Shown here one piece after another: positions 50,479-63,409 of a DNA stretch of 64,000 bases. The translations under genes and the position numbers were made by a program. Every line of letters starts with the position of its first letter. Position 1 is the first letter of the stretch. The notes below the pieces were generated by a model, which worked only from the letters and a program-made list of their open reading frames with translations, was not told the origin of the DNA and did no database searches. Source of the stretch: Amphiscolops sp. MND2022 (taxonomy: Eukaryota); contig OZ076415.1 of NCBI GenBank assembly GCA_964187785.1, positions 11,904,001 to 11,968,000 of the forward strand, given 5' to 3'.

Positions 50479-51550
50479 TGTAACCGCTGCTCAAATCAAA
50501 GACAAAGCTGTTCGAGAAAACAATCTGCTCTAATCTGAGCTTTACGCGGGCCCTGGTAAATTTTAACTGCTTACAATACTTTGCGCAAACAGTTCAATAT
50601 TTTCTTTGAGAACAAACTATTCGACAGAGAAAGAATTTTCAATACCACAAGTTTCCTATCTATTTCTTCTCTAGGAGAACTATCAAAATTGTTACTCCCA
50701 TAGTTTTGCTGAATCTGTTCCACTCAACACTGATTGAAGAAACATTCCTGATGAAACAAGCGACTTTACATGAAATATTCAAATTTTGTTCTGATCTGGA
50801 ATTCAATAAATGTAAAATCTTCAAAGTTGAAATATACCTCATCAGAGGTTGAACATGACTCGTAATTCCGTCAAAGTTTAGATAAATTAGCGTCAGTAAT
50901 GGGAGTAAAGCATTCCTGCATTAGATAAGGTAAAATAATTCACAAAGTCAATATGAATCAGGATGATAATATGGCAAAGTGGTGGTCATCAATCATTGAT
51001 GACAATGTTAGTCAAAGCTGATACTAAGATACGGTACTAATTTCGCGCCGAACTGGAGTCTCACCGACCACTTTCTTATCAGCAATGAAATTGGAATGCA
51101 CATGACATGATAAGTTATATGATGTCAAAGAATTAAAATAATTTCATAGAATCTGCGATAGGAAATATATAAAATTTACAACAATAATTGTCGAAATTTT
51201 AAGAAATTAGGCGCTATATCAAAATTCCGCCACGATGGGTTTGTGGGGCTAGGTGTTCACTATATATTAAGGGAATAACGAGTGGTCCATCAATCTTCGG
51301 GAAGAAACGCTCTCACTTTACGTCTTGGAAAAATACGATACAAATTGTACAAAATAGAAATTATTTCGAATTATCAAGTATTTCTCACTAATGAAGAGGA
51401 ATAACGAAATTCCGCTTCCTACAAATTATAGCTCTGGGTATGGGGTTTGTGTGCCGCAGTATTAGGGATTCGAGCACTGGTGTATGTCAGAGAGAAAATT
51501 TTTTGAATATCACTAGATAAGAGTTAAAAGTTCAATCTGTGGCGCCAACA
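50479..51550 (-). repeat. 3' LTR of Pao element 2
   Basis: Matches 58208-59279 with 4 mismatches seen. Confidence 0.96.
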
Positions 51551-54500
51551 TTGCCGGCCCTGTTTTCGTTGGGAAAACACTCGTAGAATACAGGCGCCAT
51601 TTTCACCACAGGTCGTTGCAGCTCACCCATATTTGTCCTGATTTTGGCAGATCTGACTACTCCATCGGACCCAGGATACACTTCCAACACTCTGGCCATT
51701 TGAAAGAAAGTTTTCTTGATGGATTCATCCACAAGCCATACCAAGTCTCCAACTTCGAGATCCCGGTGCTCTGGCTTGTGCCATTTCGAACGCACATTGC
51801 ACTGAGGCAGATATTCGTTCGTCCAGCGCTTCCATATCATCTCATTGTACCCTTGTGCCACTTTATACAATCTTCGGCAATCGACATACCTGCTGGCGTC
51901 AGGGATTAGAGGCTGTGCAATAACTCGAGGTCCCAGAAGGAAATGATTTGGCGTTAATGCCTCCAAATCTTCAGGGTCATGGCTGACCGGAGTAAGTGGT
52001 CGCCCGTTCAACGTTTGTTCCACCAAACACATGGTTGTCGTCAAGACTGGCAGAGTCAGGCATCTCGAACCCAATATAGAATACATCGCCTTCTTACAAC
52101 TGCGAACTAGTCGTTCCCAAGCACCACCGAAATGAGGTGCCCCGGGAGGATTGAACTTCCAGACTATTCGTTGGTGAGCCAATTGATCATGAATAGCTGA
52201 CTGATTCCACTCAATTGCTAGTTCCCTGAATTCACGAGCAGAACCCACGAAATTGGTGCCATTGTCGCTAATAAACATATGAGGTCTTCCTCGTCTGGCC
52301 ATGAACCGCGTGATAGCCATCATACAAGCGTCGGTGTCCAGTCCGTCAACCACTTCGATGTGAACAGCTCGTGTTGTCAAGCATGTGAATAAACAACACC
52401 AATACTTGACAGTCTTTCGCAGGAATTGGACTTCGAAGGGGCCAAAATAGTCAATTCCAGTATTTTGGAATGGGTGGTATGTTCCAGTTAACCTTTCCTT
52501 CGGGAAATCAGCCATCTGTGGTTGCAATGGCTGAGTCGAAACCTTCCTGCATTGAATGCACTGATGCTTGAAAGCGTTCCGAAGTCCCATAATCCAGTAT
52601 TCTTGTTGAAGAACACTCCGAACGTATTCGGTGCCTTCATGATTGTTGTCAGTATGAGCCTGCTTCAACATCAAGATTACAAGTGGATGTTTGGCTGAAA
52701 GCAACATTGGATGTTTCGTTTGAAAACTGAGTTCAGACCGCCTCAGACGACCACGCAAACGCATTGACCCGTCTTCAGCCAAAAATGGTGACAGTCGTCC
52801 CAAGTTGTGGGGAAGCTTCTCAAATGAACCTTTCGCTAAACATCCGGCGAGTTCGGGAAAACTTTCCCGTTGAGCAGCCCGGAGAAGAATTAGTTTAGCT
52901 CTGTCCATTTCCTCCACACTGATCGGTCCCTTTTGCTTCGACCGAAATCTCAAACAATACACGATGACATTAATCAGTTTCCTGTAGCTGCTGATCCTTG
53001 ACCAGTCGACAATGGGGGGCTGTACGTGACTCAAACATGTAGTTTCCAGCTCGGAAACCTCTTCTAATGTTATTTGCTCGTCCCAAGAATCCTTTGGATC
53101 ACGAAGCCATGCCGGCCCAGTTAACCATTCACTCTCGCTCAACTGAGAGACCGTCATCCCGCGAGTACCAATATCGGCTGGATTCATTGTGCCCTTCACA
53201 TGTCGCCATTCGTCAACACTTGAGCTGTCAAGGATTTCTCCAATTCGATTCGCAACAAAAACTTGCTGTTTTTTGCGCGCAGAATGTATCCATTGCAAAA
53301 CCGTTAGCGAATCCGTCCAATGATAAACATTTGCAATCGCAATATCGTGACCCTGTGTAATGAGCTGCCGGAGTCGAACTGCATATAAAGCTGCTTGCAG
53401 TTCCAGTTTTGGAAGTCTGTTGTTTCATAGGAGCGATTCGACATTTACCGACCACAAAACATAACTGAACGCCATTTGCAGTTTCTGCTCTCAAATAGGC
53501 CACCATGCACATTGCTTCCAAAGAAGCGTCAGAGAAGATGTGCAATTCCACCACTTCGGGTTTAGTGGTGAAGTAATTCCGCTCCAGTTTCATTTCTTTG
53601 AGCTGCTGCAATTCTGATACCCATTGTAAGAAACTGCTCTTATCGTCTTCAGCTATCATTTCGTCCCAAAGTTGTCCGCACTTAGCCCAAGTAGTCTTCA
53701 GTAGGATTCGCATTCGCATTGTGAAAGGGGCAAAGACTCCCAAGGGATCAAACACCGAAGCAACAAATGACAGCACAACTCTTTGAGTTATTTTGCTGGG
53801 AATTTCTTTCGAAACACCTCTGCAAACTTCCAAAGTGTCTTCTTCCATATTCCATTGGAGACCGAGCAAGGACGAAGCCGCAGGTTCGGCTTCAAACGTT
53901 TTGGTTGTTGATTCAGCTCGATCACCCTCCTTGAAGGAATTCATCAAAATACTGTTGTTTGTGATCCATTTGGTCAGGTTGAAACCCCCCTTTATGAGTG
54001 CCGTTTTTAGTTGATTATACAACTCGATAGCTTCCTCTTCTGTGTCAACAGACTTCGCGAAGTCATACATGTAGAAATTTCTTTCGATTGCCTTCGAAGC
54101 GAGAGGATAAAAGTCCTTGTTATCTCGCCCAGTTTGCTGCAGTGCATAATTCGCACATGTTGGAGAACTTTTCGCTCCGAAGACATGTCGGGTGTACTCG
54201 TATACTTTTACTGGCTTCGTGGAATCGTCTCTCCAGAGAAATCGAAGAAATTTGCATTCAGCGGAAGGCACTTTCACTTGGAGAAACATTGCTGCGATGT
54301 CTGCTGTCATAGCAATGCGGCTTTGCCGGAATCGGAAGATTATACCAATCAGATTCTGCAAGAGATTGGGTCCAGCCACTAATTTGTCATTGAGTGAAAC
54401 TCCTTTGAACTTAGAGGCAGCATTGCATACTCTTCTAACCTTTTCTGGCTTGTTAGGGTTGATTACTGGATGATGAGGAACGTACCATTGTGGGTCACTT

Positions 54501-57500
54501 CCAGATGAACTCAGCTCCTCATCTTCAAGCCTTCTGACATGTTCATTTTCCAGATCAACTTTAATGGTCGCTTCATATCGTTTCTTGAGATCTGGATTCT
54601 TCTCAAGCCGCCGCTCCAGTGAGCAAAGTTGCGTATAGGCGGAAACATAATTATTTGGAATAACTTTGTTGTCGGCCCAGAGCAGACCAACTTCATATCT
54701 TCCTTCAATCAGCCTGGTCGTCTTTTCCAGAATCTCAAGAGCCTTTTTGTCCTCGTGTGATCTGCCGCTGACGCTGAAAGTCGAAGAGTAAGACTCCATA
54801 CTCCACCAAAGTTTGACTTGATCTGATAACTGATCATCATCACATGTTGCAAGCACTGTCGCAGTTTGAGCGATTTCATGTTTTGGAAGCGGTCCACTGA
54901 GTGTCCATCCGAGCTTCGTCTTGATAGCCCACGGCTCGTTCTTCTTTCCTTTTCGATAATCTACAGGAAATAGTAAGTGAAAATTGTCTTGACCAATCAC
55001 AACTTTCACGTCTTTTAATTCAATTTGGTTATTCGGAAGTACTTTCAAGTGGTGATACTTCTCCTTTATGTGTGAGTAATCATACCTCCGATTCCCGAGA
55101 TACATTTTTGGATGCACGTGGAAGTGTACAACTTCATTATGATCCTTCGTGAACAACTCGACAGCCACTCTTTCACTGACCATATCCTTTGTCCCATTGA
55201 TCCCGGCAACGCTCAAGGTCAGCTTTTCACCTTCCACATGGAGTTGTCTTCTGATATCATCATCAATAAAAGATAAAGTAGATCCAGTATCACAAACTGC
55301 GAAGGTATCAACCTTCTTGGTGCCATTAGACAGTCGCACTGAAACCACTTGAAGCAAACCACTGCAAGCATTTGCAGTCAGAACAGGGTTCGTGGAACAA
55401 TCAGAGGTTTTAGGCTCGGATACTGTCTTCTGATCTCTATGAAGCAGTCGATTGTGCTTTTTTGCACAACCATCTCTGCCACAAGTTCTTTTCAAGGAGC
55501 ACTGATTGGCACGGTGACCTCCATTCAAGCAACAGAAGCACAATTTGAATTTCCTGGCTGAGTCACCCCTTCGATCTGGAGTCATCTTCTTGAAGGCAGG
55601 ACAGTTCCAAATTTTGTGATCACCGTCACTCAATGGTCATTTGCCTTTGGGCAAATCGGTCTTGTCCTCGACTTCAGAAGTAAATGCTGTCGTTTTCTGT
55701 TTGTCACGGTTTGAATTCTTCTCAGTGGTTGTTCCAAATTGCATCTTCAAATTATCTTGAATTTCGGCAATATTTTTTAACCAAGCGCTAAAAACACGCA
55801 TTGTTTTAAAGCTGGAGTCGTATCTCTGGAGATATGACAACCACTTCGCTTTCAAATCAATTGGCAGTTTTTTCACTGCACTGTTCAAAACAGACTCTGA
55901 ATTAAGGTCACTCTCAAATCCGAACTGAGTTAACACATTCACGCAACTGCAAACAATATGTGAAAATTTAATAATTTCGGAGGCATCGTGGGGCTTGATG
56001 AATGGATAAGAGTGAATTTTTCGCAATTGAGCGTTAACTACCAGCTCAGGTCTGCCAAAGTCTCTGGATAATGTCTCCCAGGCGATTCGATACATGGAAC
56101 CATTGTAACCCATGCCTTCGATTGCTGCCCTCGCCTTACCTGTGACCAGAGTTTTCAAATACTTCATTTTAACGTTGTCATCAACGACAGCTTCGTCCAC
56201 AGTTGACAAAAACTGGCCTGACCACTCCGGCCATTCTAGCGGATCTCCAGAAAATTTGTCAAGAACCAGTTTGGGTAGCTTCAAACCCATCGCAGGTAAC
56301 ATTGTTGATGGATTTACCTGAGAAGTTGGAAAAGTTGCTGCATGGATTGGATTCGTTGACGGAATAAAGGTCTTGCTAGGATCATAAACCAGGTTGGTTT
56401 TGTTGTCACCAGAGTCAAGATTAAAACTTTTATGATCAATAGTAGCAGGCTTCACAGTTTGTCTTCTCGTCGGTGCCAAAGTGTTCGACGTCACATCTGG
56501 GCAATTGGATTTGTGATTATCATGAGCGGCAAAACTGTCGCGGCAAAACTGTCGAAGACATTACTTTCCGAATTCAACCAATTGTAAGTTTTGGTTTTTG
56601 CTCGCAGTGAAGAACTGATACTGGAGAGGCTATCTCTGGAAGACCCACGAGTAGACTCTAACTGTAACCTTTTCATTTTCATTTCCAATTCCATTTCTCG
56701 TCGAGTAGCTGCCAACTCTAACGCTTCACGTTTAGCGAGTAGTTCCATTTCTCGCTGTAGTTGTCGCAGCTCCATCTCCTCCTTTTCACGCATCATTTTG
56801 GCAGCAAGTTGTTCTTCTACAAGCTTTGTTTCCAATTCCATCCGGTGATTGGAGGAAACAGATGGAGGTTTTGATGAAGTACCCGTATTTTTGGCTTCAC
56901 CCAATACGTCACCTGGATCTTCGAACAGATCAAATTTGTATGGAGACGAGCAACTCACTACTGGGGTTACAGGAAGCTCTGAAGTGGGCAAATTCGTCAT
57001 TTCCAGTGGCTTTTCTTTCGATGTCGATTCTTGAGGTTCTTGTCCACTCTCTTCTTCGTTAATCTCCAATGGAGCAGTCGCGTCGCCTTCACTCATCATC
57101 AATGTTGTTTCTGCCCCCGAAGGGCTCATCAGAGATTCAGCAAAACAAGGACAGTAAGAATCAACAAAGTGTACTGTTTTACTGTGAGAGGCTTTACTGT
57201 TGCCTTCCACACCGTCTAAATAGGCATGCCAAGATTGAAGGATATTCGTTGCTTTCAAAGAAAATTGCTGTAGGTCCTTGCGCTTCCTTGCTGCCATCAC
57301 AGGTTCCAGGAAAATCATTTTCTCTTTAGAACGCGCCATTGTCAGATCTCTTACTTTGAGCCAAGAATCAAGGAGTGCATTTATCTTCTGAGGTCTGTCA
57401 TTTGAGTTGATGCAATTTTGAATATGTTGCTGAATTGTTTCCATTTGAGATGAAGTTCTTCTTTCATCATCAGTGACTTTCATATACTGCAGAATATTGC

Positions 57501-58148
57501 TTGGATCTTTCAGTTGTTCTCGCCTGACGATAACTGTATCAACACACTTGTTGAGTTCGATCCATCTGCTCAGAAATTGAGATACTCCTTGTTTTATTAG
57601 TTGTGATTTTGATTTAAGAAGAGAAGCTGGCTTCGTTTTCAAAAGATTCAAGCCGTAGGTGCAGAGATCAGTGATTCGGTCGGCACACAAGAGATACCTT
57701 TCATGAAGTTGCTTGGATCTTTCAGTTGTTCTCGCCTGACGATAACTGTATCAACACACTTGTTGAGTTCGATCCATCTGCTCAGAAATTGAGATACTCC
57801 TTGTTTTATTAGTTGTGATTTTGATTTAAGAAGAGAAGCTGGCTTCGTTTTCAAAAGATTCAAGCCGTAGGTGCAGAGATCAGTGATTCGGTCGGCACAC
57901 AAGAGATACCTTTCATGAAGTTTAGCCAAATTAACCCAAAGGAATTCCCCGTCGTTCATTCCCAAAGTGAAGCCATCTTCTAATGCAAGAGTGTTCAAAG
58001 CGTTCAAATTGGAAAATAAGTTATGCACGAATGTTTGCCATTTAATCAAATCTTTCGATTTCTTCAAATCCTTTTCTCTCGAAGGATCTCTGTACCAACT
58101 ATCATCTGTGACTGCAGATGATAATAGAAAAGTTGATTTTTGCGTCAT
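51532..58148 (-). pseudogene. Pao gag-pol polyprotein, disrupted
   Basis: ORF pieces 57648-58148, 56491-57690, 55637-56494, 53228-55633 and 51532-53298; frameshifting duplication, frameshifts near 56495 and 53380, and an in-frame TGA at the first zinc-knuckle Cys (55637-39). Confidence 0.94.
57497..57920. repeat. 212-bp tandem duplication in gag
   Basis: 57497-57708 equals 57709-57920 by eye; tt microhomology at the junction; the length is not a multiple of 3. Confidence 0.92.
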
Positions 58149-58188
58149 AATGCAAGAAAATTTCTAGTAAAACCCGGATTGAAAAGTG

Positions 58189-58205
58189 TCCGGGTCGGCG
58201 GACCA
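58189..58205 (-). promoter_or_regulatory. Primer-binding site, tRNA-Tyr-like
   Basis: TGGTCCGCCGACCCGGA, 2 nt from the LTR; resembles the TGGTCCTTCGAGCCGG Tyr PBS common in Bel/Pao; the tRNA assignment is tentative. Confidence 0.65.
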
Positions 58206-58207
58206 AA

Positions 58208-59279
58208 TGTAACCGCTGCTCAAATCAAAGGCAAAGCTGTTCGAGAAAACAATCTGCTCTAATCTGAGCTTTACGCGGGTCCTGGTAAATTTTAACTGCT
58301 TACAATACTTTGCGCAAACAATTCAATATTTTCTATGAGAACAAACTATTCGACAGAGAAAGAATTTTCAATACCACAAGTTTCCTATCTATTTCTTCTC
58401 TAGGAGAACTATCAAAATTGTTACTCCCATAGTTTTGCTGAATCTGTTCCACTCAACACTGATTGAAGAAACATTCCTGATGAAACAAGCGACTTTACAT
58501 GAAATATTCAAATTTTGTTCTGATCTGGAATTCAATAAATGTAAAATCTTCAAAGTTGAAATATACCTCATCAGAGGTTGAACATGACTCGTAATTCCGT
58601 CAAAGTTTAGATAAATTAGCGTCAGTAATGGGAGTAAAGCATTCCTGCATTAGATAAGGTAAAATAATTCACAAAGTCAATATGAATCAGGATGATAATA
58701 TGGCAAAGTGGTGGTCATCAATCATTGATGACAATGTTAGTCAAAGCTGATACTAAGATACGGTACTAATTTCGCGCCGAACTGGAGTCTCACCGACCAC
58801 TTTCTTATCAGCAATGAAATTGGAATGCACATGACATGATAAGTTATATGATGTCAAAGAATTAAAATAATTTCATAGAATCTGCGATAGGAAATATATA
58901 AAATTTACAACAATAATTGTCGAAATTTTAAGAAATTAGGCGCTATATCAAAATTCCGCCACGATGGGTTTGTGGGGCTAGGTGTTCACTATATATTAAG
59001 GGAATAACGAGTGGTCCATCAATCTTCGGGAAGAAACGCTCTCACTTTACGTCTTGGAAAAATACGATACAAATTGTACAAAATAGAAATTATTTCGAAT
59101 TATCAAGTATTTCTCACTAATGAAGAGGAATAACGAAATTCCGCTTCCTACAAATTATAGCTCTGGGTATGGGGTTTGTGTGCCGCAGTATTAGGGATTC
59201 GAGCACTGGTGTATGTCAGAGAGAAAATTTTTTGAATATCACTAGATAAGAGTTAAAAGTTCAATCTGTGGCGCCAACA
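58208..59279 (-). repeat. 5' LTR of Pao element 2
   Basis: Adjacent to the PBS; matches 50479-51550. Confidence 0.96.
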
Positions 59280-59974
59280 CTCTGCATTTGTAAAAGTTTC
59301 GGCTATTTTTCTCCAAGTCTATTTCTCCGAGACAATTCAAAATTTCAAAAACAGATCCGCAAGTGAATGCCCTTTCTGGCCATGTAACAAGGTTCCGACA
59401 ATTTTCCGCCTGGGCGATTATATTAGCTTCGAAAACATGATTTTCCGAAAATTTTAAGGGTTTTTTCCGATTTTGCGTAATTTTTCCACTTGAACCATAT
59501 CGAACCGTCTCAAAATGGGTACCAACTGACGAAAGAGGATGTCTTCTTTAAGGTCGTGAAAGTTTCATTTCTTTACAATTATTGGGCGTTGAGAAAATGG
59601 CGAATAAAAATCGGGAATTTTTTGGGGGTTTTTTCGAAAAAATTTTCTAAATGTAGATTTTGCTCAATTTTACTACTTAAAGGACATCGAACCGGCTCAT
59701 AATTAGCAACGACCGACGCAAGAGGAGGATGTCTTCTCTAATCTCATGAAAGTTTCATTATCCTATGATCATTGGTCGTTGAGAAAATAGCGAATGTAAA
59801 TTGGAAAAGTTTTGGATTTTTTGCGACAAAAATCTGTTTTTTGCGAAAAAAGTATTTTGATGTACCCCATGCAATTGGGGTGCTTGGGCGCACTTTCGTA
59901 GAATCCATTATTCCTGGGCTCTATCAAAGAGGTCGTCTGCTCGGAGCCGTCGCGCAATGGCAGTTGCGCCTATG

Positions 59975-61137
59975 TTTTTAGTCGGCGCATTTTCCTTTAA
60001 GGAAAAAAGCCCGACTATTACAGTGGCTAGTTTTTTTTTTCGTCAGACCACAGAGCTCATCGCGTATGTACCACTTTTTACAGAAACTGATACGTTCACT
60101 CAGGCCAAGTTCGACCAATGCAAACTTACTGCAAAGGGTCCCCCTTTCGTTTTTTACCTTTTTTACGTAACCTACAAAACCGGAAGACTCCAAAGGGTCC
60201 CCCCTTTCAATTTTTATTCGGCACTGTGCGAATTTTTTTTCGAAAATTTTTAATTTTTCAAAAGAGTCCCCCCTTCGGATTTTTTGATATTTTGCAACAG
60301 AAAGTATGTTAATGAATCCCAAAGGGTCCCTCCTTTTCATTTTTCGGCACTATGCGACGTTTTCGAAGTTTTTTTCAGAAAAAAATTTTTCAAAAAAAAG
60401 TTTTTCAAAAAAATTTTCAAATTTTTTTTGTTTCCAGTCGGGAAAAGTGATTTTCCAGTCATATCGAGCATGAAAGGCACACTTTGGGTGTCTCGAAAGT
60501 GTTTTCAAAGCTTTTCATGAATACATCCTGGGCATATTTAGAAAACTCTGAGCTTTTTGAGCCTTAGATATAGCGCCGACTTTAGACGTTCCCGTCTTGT
60601 TTTTTTTTCGTCAGACCACAGAGCTCATCGCGTATGTACCACTTTTTACAGAAACTGATAAGTTCACTCAGGCCAAGTTCGACCAATGAAACTTACTGCA
60701 AAGGGTACCCTTTCGTTTTTACCTTTTTTACGTAACATACAAAACCGGAAGACTCCAAAGGGTCCCCCCTTTCAATTTTTTTTTGGCACTGTGCGAATTT
60801 TCTTTCGAAAATTTTTAATGTCTCAAAAGAGTCCCTTCTTCGGACTTTTGGATATTTTGCAACAGAAAGTATGTTAATGAATCCCAAAGGGTCCCCCTTT
60901 TCATTTTTCGGCACTATGCGACGTTTTCGAAGTTTTTTTCAAAAAAAATTTTTAAATTTTTTTTTGTTTCCAGTCGGGAAAAGTGATTTTCCAGTCATAT
61001 CGAGCATGAAAGGCACACTTTGGGTGTCTCGAAAGTGTTTTCAAAGCTTTTCATGAATACATCCTGGGCATATTTAGAAAACTCTGCGCTTTTTGAGCCT
61101 TAGATATAGCGCCGACTTTAGACGTTCCCGTCTTGTT
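59975..61137 (+). mobile_element. Family A element with a head-to-tail duplicated body and 3' end
   Basis: One 5' terminus (59980); two bodies, 60031-60600 and 60601-61137, each ending gcgccgactttagacgttcccgtcttgtt. Confidence 0.85.
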
Positions 61138-62399
61138 GAATCAAGATGCACAGGGTTTTCCAGGTAACACCTCGAAAACAAAGAGATCCCAAAAGTATCC
61201 AACGACAACCTTTCGTGCCCATAAAACGCTTTTCTATAACAGAAAACATCAAAGAAAAACCATATTGATGAAAAACTTTTACGAAAAAAAGTCGCACAGT
61301 GCCGAAAAAGCCCTTTGGTCTCCTGGAGCACCCCTTAGAACTCGGGCGTGAAGTCTGTAAGTGGGCCATCCAGTGTGAGGTTTTGTAGCCGTACAAAAAC
61401 AAAACTTGGTTCTGTAAGAATCGGACACTTTTTGTTACAAACATCGCCGACTAAAAATGGGAAGTAAGCAAGCGATAATGAATCACACTGGAAATAATTG
61501 TGTAGAAGATGAGCGATAGGGATTGCTATTTCCAAATGAACATTACAAAAGTCAAAGCGACCGTTTTATATACTATACGGAACTAGATTTTGAATACTGA
61601 GATACTGCCCGCTGAGTAAAGCTACATATATAGCTACTGTATATAGCTTCTGCTATTTAGCAACAACATAAACTTAGGAACCGAGCGTAACAAAGTTTGG
61701 CGAACGAACATGGTACAAATGTTGAGCTTGATTGCCAATTCGAAAGACTGAAAAATCTAATCAGCATTACAAAAGTTTTTATCGACTAGCGGTTCTTTCA
61801 AGCATGAGCACGGCCCTGCAACGCATTGAACCAAACATCGTTTTTTGTCAGAAACGTTCGATCATCAAGGAATCCATGTCATTGAGATGTATACTCGAAA
61901 TCCGAAGCATAAACTAAGCTCGAATTCGATTGTGAAAAAAAGCACTTTCTTCAAATTTTTCAGGGTGATTGTCTACAGAATGAGAAAAAGTTGAGAAAGT
62001 GAAGGCTGCAATTTCATTTTTGATGACTTGGGGTGGGTGTAACCGCAGGGTGACTTTTCTGACGCCAACTCTCCTCCTTATTCCGGGCTTATGCCCGGCA
62101 CTGCTAATCAATCCCATAATCATCCCAATAATAATATTAAAATGATAACTTAGTTCAACTGGTATATACTAAATAGAACAACTTGGATAAACAACAATAG
62201 GCATGACACTGTACCAGAGAAGACTTTTAAAGGCGCATTACCCGATTAACGAAAGCCTTGAACAAATTAGGTTTCAGAATGAGGAGTGTTGCTGGTGGTA
62301 AAATGTCACACAAAAACCGAGCAATTGTATTTAATTAACTGTTTGGATATGTCGCGGTGTTGTTAGTGACATCCCGTCGGAACACAGCCGACGCTCATA

Positions 62400-63270
62400 C
62401 CCTAAAGGCCCAAGTCAAGGAGATCCCTAAACCGGGACACTGTCTGTGGGACTTCCGTCGCAGACATTTCGTTGCCTGGACAATGCAGATCCTGATACGC
62501 CCACATGGAGACTACTGTCACATATCGCCGGCGAGGTGGGAAGTTAATCTCTCGGGAAGACAAGAGGAAGTAGGAAACTAATCTAGGAAATCTGGAGGTG
62601 GAATGAGACATTTGAATCATCATCTAAGAAGAAAAGATCAGCAGCAATCCAAAATGGCAACAGTCTCTATCCGATGAAAGGCAGGCGGCGTAAAAACTAT
62701 GCAAAAAGAATACGAAGTTTGTGAGGGATTGAAGCAAAAAAAACAAGTATTTAAAGACCTCTACGATTAGCTGAGCAAACCAGGGTAACAACAAAAAGTA
62801 TATCGTCTAACCAAACCCAGGGACCAAGCTAAAATGACGGTTACCAAGGGCTCTTTGTGGAAAACAAGAAGGGAAACCAGTTGAATGGAAATACGTGATT
62901 AAGAATACGGGATCGAAATGGCTCAAAAAGACGAGTTCACTTAGTACCCTCCAATCTAGGTCACCGTCGTCAAAATAAGTCTCTGAAGACTGTTAAGAGT
63001 AAAACGAATGAAGCCGAGAAAGGCAATGGGACCGATGGTATTCCATTTGAAAACTTTCGGGCTCTCGTTGCCTTTGGTATCGATATTCTCGTCGACTGGC
63101 CGAACAGTTGCTTAACCAGTGGAGTACTCATCTCGAACGAATGGAGAGAGAGTACAATTACATCGATCAACAAAATAAAGGTAACCATATATACGGTTCA
63201 AATAATACCGTGGAAATAAACTTTTGTGCCACTGTTTCAAATTACATCATGGGAAAATTTAGGCTATACT
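62400..63270 (+). pseudogene. Old RTE-clade LINE ORF2 relic
   Basis: Manual translation gives WRWNE, KWQQS, FKDLYD*L...VYRLTK and GTDGIPFENFRALVAFGIDILVDW...EWRESTIT, typical of the RTE region just before RT; many stops and frameshifts. Confidence 0.7.
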
Positions 63271-63339
63271 TAGATGAAATACATCAATCAGACTTTTTCA
63301 TTTTTTTTTCATAAAAGGGTCCCCAATTTACCAATACTT

Positions 63340-63389
63340 ATTTTTTGAGCCTTAGATATGGCGCCGACTTGGGCCGTTCCCGGCTTGTT
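63340..63389 (+). mobile_element. Family A 3' terminus
   Basis: ttgagccttagatatggcgccgacttgggccgttcccggcttgtt. Confidence 0.8.
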
Positions 63390-63409
63390 AGGTTTTTCGG
63401 AAATGTATA

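Larger units (their letters stand above)
50479..59279 (-). mobile_element. Full-length but disrupted Bel/Pao LTR retrotransposon (8.8 kb)
   Basis: 1072-bp TG...CA LTRs; TSD CTCTG (50474-78, 59280-84); gag with three Cys/His knuckles, protease (DTGS), RT, RNase H (FSDAS) and integrase. Confidence 0.97.
50345..59965 (+). mobile_element. Helentron-like element split by Pao element 2
   Basis: Start aaggaaaaaagcccgactattacagtggctag is shared with 60000; the body resumes after 59280 and matches 63480-64000; terminal hairpin gcgcaa-tggcag-ttgcgc at about 59952. Confidence 0.55.

Noticed and set aside
50660-50842. 60-aa ORF present in both LTRs of Pao element 2
   Set aside because: It is short and AT-rich with no homology, and its duplication is explained by the LTRs.
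53067-57329. Plus-strand ORFs antisense to Pao gag-pol (and similar ORFs overlapping the ANKIB1 exons)
   Set aside because: They are shadows of real coding sequence, short and without recognisable motifs.
59769-61444. Short K/F/G/P-rich ORFs here and at 4952-5281, 15429-15955, 29028-29315 and 47032-47377
   Set aside because: They are chance frames in family A repeats with homopolymer runs and show no domain motifs.
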